From Octopus vulgaris (Eukaryota), in assembly GCA_951406725.2 (NCBI GenBank), contig OX597822.1, positions 99,634,001 to 99,698,000 of the forward strand: a stretch of 64,000 nucleotides of DNA. Direction: 5' to 3'. Shown here piece after piece: positions 12,921 to 24,422 of this stretch; the first letter of the stretch is position 1, and each line of letters opens with the position of its first letter. Below the pieces are notes generated by a model. It ran no database searches and was not told where the DNA came from. It saw only the letters and a program-made list of their open reading frames with translations. The position numbers and the translations under genes were made by a program.

Positions 12921-13398
12921 ATCATCATCATCGTTTAACGTCCGCTTTCCATGCTAGCATCGGTTGGACGATTTTGACTGAGGACTGGTGAACCAGATGG
13001 CTGCACCAGGCTCCAATCTTGATCTGGTAGAGTTTCTACAGCTGGACACCCTTCCTAACGCCAACCACTCTGAGAGTGTAGTGGGTGCTTTTTACGTGCC
13101 ACCGGCACAGGGGCCAGTCAGGTGGTACTGGCAACGATCTTGCTTGAATCTTTTTACACATGCCACCGGCACAGGTGCCAGTAAGGCGACATTGGTAACG
13201 ATCACGCTCGAATGGTGCCCTTTTACATGCCACTGGCATGGAAGCCAGTTGGCTGCTCTGGCAATGATCACGCTCGGATGGTGCTCTTGGCACCCTACTA
13301 GAACTGGCACAAGTGCCAGTACGGCGATGCTGGTAGCGATCACGCTCGAATGGTGCCTTTTAAGTGCCACTGGCACGGAAGCCGGTTAGCCACTCTCA
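12921..13398 (-). mobile_element. Family C repeat with five internal tandem units
   Basis: Repeated GTGCCGGTGGCACGTAAAAAGCACC-type units 5' of the GGAAGGGCATCC-type core. Confidence 0.85.
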
Positions 13399-13460
13399 GT
13401 TAAAGAAGTTTTGTTTTTATCAGTAAGAAGTGTATGTTGTGTACATTATAAGGATTTTGA

Positions 13461-13805
13461 TGTGAAGGTGCATGGATTAACAGTTGGGGGTATTCAGCTC
13501 ATGATTGTAAGGTCATGAGTTTGATTCCCAGGGACGTATTGTATCCTTAGGCAAGACCCTTTATGTCACATTGCTCCAGTTCACTCAGCTAGCAAGCAAA
13601 AATGAGCTGTACCTGTACTTCAAAGGGTTAGCCTTGTCATCCTTGTCACATTTTGTCCCATGCTGAATCTCCTAGAGAACTATGTTAAGGGTACGCATGC
13701 CTGTGGAATACTCAGCCACTTGCATGTTAATTTCATGAGCAGACTGTTCTGTTGATCAGATCGACTGGTACACTTGTCGCCATAACCAACAGAGGCCAAA
13801 AAAAA
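13461..13805 (+). mobile_element. Family D SINE, CpG-decayed
   Basis: GTGAAGGTGCATGG head, shared tail, poly-A end. Confidence 0.8.
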
Positions 13806-13889
13806 AAAGAAGTATTTTAATATTTTTTAAGGAACTTCAAGAGATATGAAATAAATTGTGTTGTAATGGAACTTGAAACAGATAAAGCT

Positions 13890-14110
13890 ATAATGATTTC
13901 AAATTTTGGTGCAAGGCCAGCAAGTTCAGGGCATAGAGTAAGTCAATTACATTGAACCCAGTGTTCAACTGGTACTTATTTTATCGACCCTGAAAGGATG
14001 AAAGGCAAAGCTGACCTTGGTGGAATTTGAACTCAGAACGTAAAGATAAACAAAATACTGCTAAGTGTTTTGCCTGGTGTGCTAATGATTCTGCCAGCTC
14101 GCTGCCTTTA
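13890..14110 (-). mobile_element. Family B SINE, CpG-decayed
   Basis: Core present with many CG>TG/CA changes relative to the copy at 1140-1250. Confidence 0.8.
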
Positions 14111-14970
14111 AAGCTATAAATAATAGCATATATAATATTGGGTTAAAACACCCTGGGGTGGAAAAATGTCGAAGGCTGCCTGTGGGACACAAGCCCATAT
14201 ATCTTCTGTGATCATGACAAATGTGCCACTGTGGTATTAAAACGTCAAGTATACAAATGAAACAGAAGACAAACCAACAAAAACAAATCAGATTTTAGCA
14301 CTTTTTAAATGTCAATCCCAACAAATAAAAATTACAACAGCAACAAAAGATATTACAGCATTAGTTCAAGGTGTTATTTCCTCTGCGAAAATTACTGAAA
14401 TTCATTAAAGTCTTCCTAACATACTAGGCTGCATTGTAAAATGAACATATAAACACTTAATTTACTATAATCAAATGCATTTTTAACTCATGGAATCACA
14501 CACACACACACGCATGCATACATACATACATACATACAGAGTCATAGGCAAACATTAGCTGAATGGAGAAAACACATTAATCTAATTTGAAGAACAGGAA
14601 ACTGTATTAGCAATGAAGTTTGTCAATGTATATATATATATATATATATAGCATGTACACATTATTGTGTGTATAGTAGCTTGATGACTGCTAATTACTC
14701 CAAAAGTGTCAACATTTGTTTCTTCAATATAACCTTTTACTAAGTTACAGTTGATTAGGATAAAATAAAACGATTGTCCGACTGTAATCCTTACACATAT
14801 ATGTATGGTAGCATGGAACCGTATAAATTTGAATGAAGGTATATTTGTGTGTATGCAAGCAAAGTGTGTATTATATATCTGTCTAGATTGTTCCTTTCAC
14901 AGTGTGAATATATGTAGATATTTGCATGTGTGTGTGTGTGTGTGTGTATTATGTAAGTTTGTTGAGTATT

Positions 14971-15266
14971 CATCATCATCGTCATCATTGTTTAACGTCC
15001 GTTTTCCATGCTAGCATGGGTTGAACGGTTCGACTGGGGTCTGGGAAGCCAGGAGGCTGCACCAGGCTCCAGTCTGATCTGGCAGTGTTTCTACAGCTGG
15101 ATGCCCTTCCTAACACCAACCACTCAGTGAGTGTAGTGGGTGCTTTTTACGTGCCACTGACACAGGTGCCAGGGGAGGCTGGCAACGGCCACGATCGATT
15201 GGTGCTTGGCTGTTGCCAGCCTCCCCTGGCACGTAAAAAGCACCCACTACACTCACGGAGTGGTTA
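14971..15266 (-). mobile_element. Family C repeat with 5' fold-back inversion
   Basis: 15201-15266 is the reverse complement of parts of 15117-15195. Confidence 0.8.
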
Positions 15267-16266
15267 TGACCAGTAATTAATACTGAAGTTTGCAAGAGCT
15301 CTGTGCTGATGCCACATAAAAAGCATTGATGCTGGTGTCAAGTAAGAGCACTTCTACCAATGCCCCATAAAAAAAGCACCCACTGCACACTGCAAAGCGG
15401 TTGGCATTATGAAGAGCATCCAGCCATAAAAACAAAGCAAAAGCTGACTGGAACCTGGTGCAGCTCTCCAGCTCCAGTCAAATTGTCCAACCTATACCAG
15501 AAAAGAAAACAGATGTTAAATGACAATGATGATGATGAAACCATTGTATTACTATTTGCATGTGTGTGTGTGTTTGTGTTTATATTATGTCAACTAATAA
15601 ATACTGAAGTTAAGCTACTGTCTCAAGGGGAAGGTTTTCTTTCTTTTCCTTTTTCTTTTAAATAATCTAGTTAAAAGCAACCATAAAGACGATAAATTTT
15701 AAAAAATATTAAAAAAAAATAATAAAAACCATGGCATTTCAAATAGTATCAAGCAGAGATGTTGAAAATAAATTTCACCCCACCCCCACCCCCCACCCTC
15801 GTAACCAGCCTAGCAATTTTATATAATAAATTCTTGCTATTAAGTTTGCTCGTCACCATGGGGACCAACAGAGACGAAGTGGGAGGACTTTGAATTAAAC
15901 CAATAGGTGTAGGAGGTTTCACTACTGATTCTTATGCATGTCAGATGTCCTGAGGTAGACAGAATGTGAGAGAATTTATTTCAGTTTTGAAAGAGTTAAG
16001 GTTAGATAAGCATCTCTCACACTTCATCATCATCATCATCATCATTATCATCATTTAATATTCATATAAGTGCAGGTATGGATGTGTGGCTGAGAAGCTT
16101 GCTTCCCAACCAAACGCTTTTGAGTTCAGTCCCACTGTATGATACCCTGGGCAAGTGTTTTATACTGTAGCCCCAGGTCAACCAAAGCCCTTGTGAGTGA
16201 ATTTGGTAGACAGAAACTGAAAGAAGCCTGTTATATTTGGTAGACAGAGATTGAAAGAAACCTGTT

Positions 16267-16495
16267 CTCTTTACTCTTTTACTCTTGTTTCAGTCATTTG
16301 ACTGTGGCCATGCTGGAGCACTGTCTTTAGTCGAGCAAATCGACCCCAGGACTTATTCTTTGTAAGCCTAGTATTTATTCTATCGATTCTCTTTTGCCAA
16401 ACAACTAAGTTACGGGGACGTAAACACACCAGCATCGGTTGTCAAGTGATGTTGGGAGGAAAAACACAGACACACAAACATACACAAGTACATAC

Positions 16496-16544
<49 letters not shown>

Positions 16545-16706
16545 ACGGGCTTCTTTCAGTTTCTGTCTACCAAATCCACTCACAAGGCTTTGGTCGGCCT
16601 GAGGCTATAGTAGAAGACACTTGCCCAAGGTGCCATGCAGTGGGACTGAACCCGGAACCATGCAGTTTGTAATCAAGCTACTTACCACACAGCCACTCCA
16701 ACGCCT
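16267..16706 (-). mobile_element. Full-length family A SINE (inverted relative to a partial copy at 16068-16265)
   Basis: Complete head GGAGTGGCTGTGTGGTAAGTAGCTTG, core GGCACCTTGGGCAAGTG and tail. Confidence 0.85.
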
Positions 16707-16836
16707 ACATATATATAATATATATATATGTGTGTGTTTGTGTGTGTTTGGCTTTTAAAATTTATGACAGCAGTTTTGGTAGAATTTTATTTACCTAATG
16801 AGGTCATAAAAGATTACATCATAATATGTAATTCAC

Positions 16837-16842
16837 CATCGT
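16837..16842 (-). other. Candidate 6-nt micro-exon (ACGATG)
   Basis: Minus context ctctttcttgcctcttcag|ACGATG|gtgaat. Confidence 0.3.
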
Positions 16843-17485
16843 CTGAAGAGGCAAGAAAGAGCTTAATTTAAACATAAAACTTCAAAATTGCAGTACTTTT
16901 GAGTCATAGAATTAGAGATTGTGTGAGGCTGACTAGCATTCAAACGATTAGCTAGATATAATTCTCACAAATTAGATAGAACTACCACACCTGGCCCTAA
17001 TGTCAAGTGCACAAGGACTTCAAAAGAGGAACATCATCATTAATGACAAATTTTGCTTGCTTTCATGAGTAAGACTGAGTTTCTTGAGGCAGATTTTCCT
17101 ACAGCAAGATTCCTTTCCTGTCACTAACTTGTGATGGCTCCAGGTAAAGTAAGATTTTGCCTTTGCTGCGCTTGTTTTCATGGAAAATTGGAAATGAACA
17201 ACACTGCTCGTATGATGGTGACATTTATTTACAAATATCACATGGTGTCAAAATGAGAAGACACACACACACACTCATACGTATGTATGTAATAGTGATC
17301 ATATATAAACAAATCCCCATCACACACACACATATACACATCTATTTATCTAACTACCTACTGTGTGTGTGTGGAATCCAACTTTTACAGGAAAATGGTT
17401 GACAATGACTTCAAGTTTTGCTAAACATGTACTGTACTAAAAATTATTGAGTTATCCTTTCAGTGTGTGTTTGTGTGTGTGTGCA

Positions 17486-17525
<40 letters not shown>

Positions 17526-17574
17526 TAGATATAGATATATTAAGTTTGGAGATGATGTACAGGTATTTTATATT

Positions 17575-17782
17575 AGAAGAAATGAAGTACTCAGAAATCC
17601 GGAGGGTTTTATATTTACAGATATTTATTTGTATATTACATGTTTTTATACATCATATATCATATATTAGCGCTTTTGTCCATTCTAGTGGAGTTTTCAA
17701 TATGAAAACTCCACTAGAATGGATGAAAGCACTAATATATGATATATGATATATGATGTATAAAAACAGATAATATACAAAT
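17575..17782. mobile_element. Penelope-like palindromic element with degenerate hammerhead
   Basis: Inverted repeat 17627-17782 centred at 17701; TCCA-ctagaa-TGGA-t-GAAAGCACTA; related to the 40040-40150 sequence. Confidence 0.6.
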
Positions 17783-18739
17783 TTGTTTCAGGGCTATAGA
17801 AGAAGACATTTTGCCCAAAGTGTCACACTGTGAGACTGGACTCTAAACCACATGACTGAGAAGCAAGCTTCTTAACTTACACAGCCATATCTGTCTTGAA
17901 AACAAAATAAATATTTCAAAATAAAAATATAAATAAACAATAGAATCTGTTATGTCTGTTACAAAACCAAGGAAACCCATGTTATAAATATATATTTCAC
18001 AAGTAGTTATGTATTAAAAAAACAGCAGTGCAGTAAATGTAATTCTCTATAACCGGACAATAATACAAAACCACAGATTGAATAAAGGAACCATAGGAGA
18101 CAAAACACAAATACTTAGTCATGAATGGAGATCGATAAGTTTGCAAAGCTTAACAATTCTAATGTAGGTGAAGACATGTGACGCTCCCAACCATTTGCGA
18201 TCTGACAAAATATAATGAAATTTAGCGACGTGACCCCCCCCAACTGAGTAACAACTGATGAAATAAGGTTATGCAATGTCAATCTAACAGATCGGAACTC
18301 GGATAATGCTATACAATATCTTTCCCCCTCACCAACCAGAAATAGACCAAGGTGGTTAAGCGATGTCATTTACATACAATAAAAATTCCTGCATACATTT
18401 GGCAATGCTTTGCATTTCTAACTATTTTCTGAATTCCTGCTGCTCAGCTTGGTTCATAAATTAACTTGGTACTTCAGCAAAACAACCCTACTTAATTTAT
18501 GTGTAGCTAATTAGTATAACACCTTCCTCGGCTTTCGACACAGACATGGCTGCACAGTTAAGAATCTTGCTCTGCAGCCACATGGTTTCAGGTTCAGTTC
18601 CGCTGTACAACACCTTGGGCAAGTATCTTTTATTATATATGCACCACCACCACCACCACCACCACCACCACCAGACAAACGAAAGCCTTCTGAGTGAGTT
18701 TGGTAGACAGAAACTGTTTGGAAGTCTACCATATATATA

Positions 18740-18945
18740 CAGCCTTAGCCAAAAGTATTAGGCCACACCCAATGTTTTGGGGTTCTGCTATCTCAACATT
18801 AATGAAACCTGTGAACATGGTAGATTATGGTGTGTTTCACAATATACATTAGTTTTAAAATCTGGTTGACCCTCCTTTAGCATCAATTACCGCTTTTATA
18901 CTGTAATGTACATATGCAACCAATTATGAGTTAGACCAGCGTCCA
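18740..18945 (-). mobile_element. Tc1-type transposon 3' end relic
   Basis: TA-CAGCCTTAGCCAAAAGTATT terminus; minus translation SIKAVIDAKGGSTRF* matches the Tc1 transposase C-terminus. Confidence 0.7.
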
Positions 18946-19204
18946 AAATTAACTTATGTTTCCTTGATTATTTCATAATTTTATGCTAAAATATGTTGTA
19001 GATACAGTTAATAAACAGTAAAATGCCTAACAGGCTTCTTTCAGTTTCTACCTACCAAATCTGTTGACTAGGCTTTGGTTGGCCGAGGGCTATAGCAATA
19101 GATATTTAACCTATGCTGTGGGACTGAACTAGAAACCAAATGGTTGGAAAGTAAAACTTTTTTCAAAAACACGGCTATGCCTGCATTGCATTACAAACAA
19201 ACAG

Positions 19205-19470
19205 AAACATAAATAACAGGTATAAATAAAGGTATAAATAACATAAAGGTATGAATAACATAAAAGGTATAAATAACATAAAGGTATGAATAACATAAAG
19301 GTATGAATAACATAAAAGGTATAAATAACATAAAGGTATGAATAACATAAAGGTATGAATAACATAAAAGGTATAAATAACATAAAGGTATAAATAACAT
19401 AAAGGTATAAATAACATAAAGGTATAAATAACATAAATGTATGAATAACATAAAAGGTATAAATAACATA
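19205..19470. repeat. 17/18-bp minisatellite (AATAACATAAA(A)GGTAT(A/G))n
   Basis: About 14 directly visible units. Confidence 0.95.
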
Positions 19471-19523
19471 AATAAAGATGTAAGAGTAAAAAATTCTAAA
19501 GGTGAACCATGAACATGATAATC

Positions 19524-19953
19524 ATGATCATCATCATTTAGCGTCCGTTTTCCATGCTAGCATGGGTTGGACGGTTCAACTGGGGTCTGTGAAGCTGGAA
19601 GGCTTCATCAGGCCCAGTCAGATCTGGCAGTGTTTCTACGGCTGGATGCCCTTCCTAACGCCAACCACTCCATGAGTGTAGTGGGTGCTTTTTACGTGCC
19701 ACACGCACAGGTGCCAGACAGAGCTGGCAAACGGCCATGAACGGATGGTGCTTTTACGTGTCACCGGCATGGGGGCCAGGCGAGGCTGGCAACGGACACG
19801 AACGGATAATAACATAAAAGGTGTAGTGGGTGCTTTTTACGTGCCACATGCACAGGTGCCAGACAGAGCTGGCAAACGGCCATGAACGGATGGTGCTTTT
19901 ACGTGTCACCGGCACGGGGGGCCAGGCGAGGCTGGCAACGGACATGAACGGAT
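19524..19953 (-). mobile_element. Family C repeat with internal duplication and 80-bp flanking direct repeat
   Basis: Identical 80-mers at 19444-19523 and 19954-20033. Confidence 0.85.
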
Positions 19954-20129
19954 AATAACATAAAAGGTATAAATAACATAAATAAAGATGTAAGAGTAAA
20001 AAATTCTAAAGGTGAACCATGAACATGATAATCTCAAAATAGAAATAATGAAAGAATCAAAAACAATGGATGAACTTATGCATCAATGAAAGTGGTGCTC
20101 AAGGATAAAATTTAATGATAGGAATGCAT

Positions 20130-20600
20130 TAACTGTAAATAATGCAGGCTTTGGCCATCAGAGACTTAATAATGACAGACACAAACATCAATATCACCAA
20201 GTTAAACAAATTAATATCTGCAACAACCACTGAGGTTGCTCAGGAAAGGAAAGTGGGGCTTATTCAGTTTACTCTTATCAGGATATTGAAACCAAACAAA
20301 CAAAATCGGAAGCACAAAGAAAGAGATAGAAGACAGAGAAAGTCTCTAGCAATCCATAATGACATCAAATAATAAAAACAAAAGAAGTGAGAGACAATAC
20401 TACAAAAATAAAGCATAACAAAACATTTAAAAAAAGGAATAAAAAGTATCTGAAACCAAAGAATACTTAAAACAAGAGATCCTGACAAAATCTCAAAGAA
20501 GTCATCAATATGAAACGTGATTCTCACTAAGTTTCAAAATGAAAAATATCTGCCGATAGAGTTTTTGAACAAAGTATTTTGGCTTCAACTCAAAGTTGTT
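20130..20600 (+). mobile_element. Decayed R4/Dong-like LINE fragment (pre-RT region)
   Basis: INITKLNKLISATTTEVA...RRQRK...TKSQR resembles the R4/Dong N-terminal region; many stops. Confidence 0.35.
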
Positions 20601-20949
20601 TGATGAAGAACAAAGAAAAGAATGCAAAAAAAAAAAAAAAATAGCAACAAAAACTAAATGAATTTTGAAAAGTCATCAGCAACATCATTTAATGATCATG
20701 CTCCATGCTGGCATGGGTCAGACAGTTTGACAGGATCTGATGACTCGGAGGACTACATCATGCTGCAACGTCTGCTTTGGCATGGTTTGTACAGCTAGGT
20801 GCCTTTCATTACTTTACAAAGTGTATGAGGTGCTTTTCTTATGGTGCCAGCACTAAGGGGCCCTGAATAGAGGTAGTAATTTTAGTGCCTGGTAGCTGCA
20901 CCTTGCCAGGTGTAATCAGGTGCTCAGGTATCACTTGGCCTCATTTACC

Positions 20950-21147
20950 TCCTAATCTCTTCTTTTTCTTTTTGACCTTGATAATGATATCCAGCACATT
21001 AGCTTTCATTTCCTTCTTCACACGGATTTACATATCCAAGACTGTGGTTGTTTTGACATTGTTTGAGATCATTTCTGGTGTATGTTTATGCCATCATTTT
21101 TCTGTTGGTATTTCATAATGTAGGCATTGTTTCCGGTGTCTGATGAC
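20950..21147 (-). mobile_element. R4/Dong-type LINE endonuclease fragment
   Basis: Minus translation HRKQCLHYEIPTEK*WHKHTPEM...TTVLDM*IRVKKEMKANVLDIIIK, a degenerate form of the (I)LWD..IHTD..IKANRPDII motif. Confidence 0.75.
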
Positions 21148-21185
21148 TTTTAGCACCAGATCCCAGCACCTGCCTCCTCAGCTGG

Positions 21186-21500
21186 GTTTTTTTCTTTTTG
21201 TTCCTTTTCAAGGCACGCTTGGCTCACAAGGGCCGGTTTCCCGGTTTCATTGGTGTATAGGTTACCCACCTGGACAGGACGCCGGTCCGTCGCAGGTGAG
21301 CTGCAAGATGCAGGAGGAAAGAGTGAGAGAAAGTTGTGGCGAAAGAGTCAGCAGAAGTTTGCCATTACCTTCTGCCGGAGTCGCGTGGAACTTAGGTGTT
21401 TCACTCATAAACACACACATGGCCCGGTCTGATATTCAAGCCCATGATCCCTCGACCGCGAGTCCGCTGCTCTAACCACTAGGCCATGTGCCTCCACACC
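21186..21500 (-). mobile_element. Family E SINE variant with V-domain-like tail
   Basis: tRNA head; CCTGCGACGGACCGGCGTCCTGTCCAGG; TSD CTCAGCTGG. Confidence 0.8.
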
Positions 21501-21762
21501 TCTCAGCTGGTGGCTAAACTAAGTGAGGGATGGCATTAACATTGCAGCAGGAGGCAAAAAATATCTGGGTAAAGCTTCCCAAAGAGTCACTGGCTAGAGC
21601 AAATGAACTGGATCAGATCAGTGCCAAGTCATGTATCAAATAGAGGCAAACAGTTAGGCCAACAGCTTGGAGAGGAATGGGCACTGCCAAGCTAACTTGC
21701 CCCACAATACATTCAAGATGATAACAACCAGATCAGAACTGATACTAGAGTGGTTGTCACCA

Positions 21763-21892
21763 AGATTAACATCAAAGAGTGAACAGGCCTCGACTTTGCC
21801 AACTCACAGAGGGCAGTAGAAGACCAAGGGAAGTGGTAAAATCTGGTTATGATATCATCAATGACCACACAGTCAAGGGATAGGAATGAAAG
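21763..21892 (+). mobile_element. RTE LINE 3' end relic
   Basis: NIKE*TGLDFANSQRAVEDQGKW*NLV resembles the RTE/BovB-type ORF C-terminus. Confidence 0.7.
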
Positions 21893-22039
21893 AAGGACCA
21901 GCACTAGTGAATATCAGCTTGTAGCTTGTGATGCAAAGGGCATAAAGTGGTTCCTATAACTAAAGGAGAACAGAAGAGAGTCTGGGCAAAGATCCTAGGT
22001 AGGGGGATGAAAAATGGTAAGATGAGAGGAACAGATTTA

Positions 22040-22700
22040 TTATTGTGATAGGGCATCACAAGAATGACTATAGATGAAATTGTTCAAAACAGTCAATGCC
22101 GCACAGGAACAACAGTGGATAGCCATGACACAGAAACTGTGACATGAGAAGATCTCAAACTTCTGTTTAAAATACTTAACATATAAAGTGCTAACAGATA
22201 TGTCTAAGAAGATACTAAAAGAGCAGGAGATAACACCTCTCAAGTTCACTGAGGGGAAAACATCTTAATTGTGTTTTTGGTTTTTCAGTTTTAGCCAAGA
22301 AATATACATGTACAGGCATAGCAGAGTCAGAGTTTTCAGACACTGGAAACAATGCCTATATTATGAACCACACTCTGGGATATTTAAATCCATATAAAGA
22401 GGGAAATGAAAGCTAATTTACTGGACACCATTGTCAAAGTCAACAAGAAAAAGAAGTGCCGACAAGCTGAAGTGTTTGTCCCAAAAGATAAAACTGTATC
22501 TCTTGAAAGGAAAGGAGATATTACAGAAAAAGATCTGAAAATAGAGATAACCAGGAATTGGAAACTTCAAAACAGAAAAAATTCCTCAAGATTAAATGGA
22601 AAAAAATATGCAGACAAATATATAAACAGAATTTAAGAATATCTACAACAGTAAAAATATTACTACTGAGCACTGCACACACATAATGTAGAGTATGGTA
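22040..22700 (+). mobile_element. Internally deleted R4/Dong-type LINE relic
   Basis: HEKISNFCLKYLT (RT N-terminus) then LWDI*IHIKREMKANLLDTIVK...VFVPKDKTVS...KDLKIEITRNWKL (restriction-like endonuclease). Confidence 0.8.
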
Positions 22701-23052
22701 CTTGATTTTTTATTACCCACAAGGGGCTATACACAGAATGGGTTTTTGTTTTTTAAAAAACAGACGAAATGCCACTAAGCATTTTGCCTAGCGTACTAAC
22801 ATTTCTTATTTCTTTATTGCCCACAAGGAGCCAAACAAGGACAGGCAAAGGGATTAAGTCGATTAGATCGACCCCAGTGCATAACTAGTACTTAATTTAT
22901 CGACCCCCAAAAGGATGAAAGACAAAGTCGACCTTGGCGGAATTTGAACTCAGAACATAGCAGCAGACGAAATACTGCTAAGCATTTCACCCGGCGTGCT
23001 AATGTTTCTGCTAGCTCACTGCTTAAGTACAGTACGTTTCTGCCAGCTCGCT
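22700..23052 (-). mobile_element. Family B SINE array
   Basis: Core and repeated tail fragments. Confidence 0.75.
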
Positions 23053-23282
23053 GCTGTAGAGTACAGTACTGCTATTACAACAGAAAATACAAAACAGAAA
23101 CAAAATACTGCTCATACCAAAGGCACACGGCGCTGTCAAAGAACAATAAATGCAAAGACTACTAGTGAAAAAAAAAACAACGTAAGAATAATGACGATGG
23201 AAGTGATGATTGAAGTGGTCTCGATGGCAATGATTATGCTTTTTATTATTTGTTTCATCATATTAATACAAAAATATTATAG

Positions 23283-23479
23283 TTATACAATGTTGAATAA
23301 TAACAGCAATGCTGATGAAAAGATAGCTAAATTGATAATAAAAAGACTGTTATCTCTTTCTTTATTCTTTGTTGGTCTTTGGCTTTTTGCTTTTTGGTTT
23401 TCTGCAAGCACATTACTTTCATCAAGTGCTTTCGCTATTTTCTGCTCCCCCACCGCATTGATATAAAGATGATGCATGA
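23283..23479 (-). CDS. Candidate terminal exon encoding a hydrophobic C-terminal tail
   Basis: Acceptor gctcaactttgtcag; phase-1 frame MHHLYINAVGEQKIAKALDESNVLAENQK...SLFIINLAIFSSALLLLFNIV*; no homology recognised, partly low complexity. Confidence 0.2.
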
Positions 23480-23747
23480 CTGACAAAGTTGAGCAATGGA
23501 ATATCAGCGTGAACCAATAAAACCATGTCTGGCCTTTTACTGTTGAACACTCAACTATGACCTGAGTCAGGATACAAGTGCAAAGAAGAAAAAAAAAATA
23601 GATCAATAAAAACAAAATCTACGAAAAATCAATATTTCTGATCCAACAAGGTTATGGATGCTGTCATGCAGTTGTTGATGACAAATTTAGCGATGACAGC
23701 ATTTGGCTACAATTAGTATTACAGCTATGACATGGCTACTACTAAAT

Positions 23748-24160
23748 ACTTATTTCTTTATTACCCACAAGGAGCTAAACATAGAGGGGACAAACAAGGA
23801 TAGACAAACGGATTAAGTCGATTACATTGACCCCAGTGCGTAAATGGTACTTAATTTATTGACCCCAAAAGGATGAAAGGCAAAGTCGACCTAGGCAGAA
23901 TTTGATCTCAGAATGTAACAGCAGATGAAATACCTATTTCTTTACTACCCACAAGGGGCTAAACACAGAGAGGACAAACAAGGACAGACAAATGGATTAA
24001 GTCGATTATATCGACCCCAGTGCGTAACTGGTACTTAATTTATTGACCCCCGAAAGGATGAAAGGCAAAGCCGACCTCGGCGGAATTTGAACTCTGAACA
24101 TAACGGCAGATGAAATACGGCTATGCATTTCGCCCGGCACGCTAACGTTTCTGCCAGCTA
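23748..24160 (-). mobile_element. Family B SINE tandem dimer
   Basis: Two ~185-bp units, the second carrying the head. Confidence 0.85.
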
Positions 24161-24422
24161 CTACTAAATACTAATGATGACAGATGCGAATGAGAGGACT
24201 TCTATGTAGTTACTTGACCCTATGAAAAGAGTAACCACAATCTACAGTCTTAAAAAACCAAAGGACACAGTGGATAATGTCATCCTAGACATAACAAACC
24301 ATGGAATCACCATGACAGGGATGCCTTTCCTTTATTGCTATACTCAGTCAGAGCTGTCTTAGGGTTAATCAACAGCAGCAAGAACAACAACAACTAAGAG
24401 TCCCAGAATGCTCCACAAAGTA

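Noticed and set aside
16439-16672. Recurrent ORF ...GLLSVSVYQIHSQGFGRPEAIVEDTCPRCH...
   Set aside because: Antisense translation of the family A SINE, not a gene family
19129-19469. Repetitive ORFs and CRISPR-like periodicity
   Set aside because: Minisatellite without unique spacers
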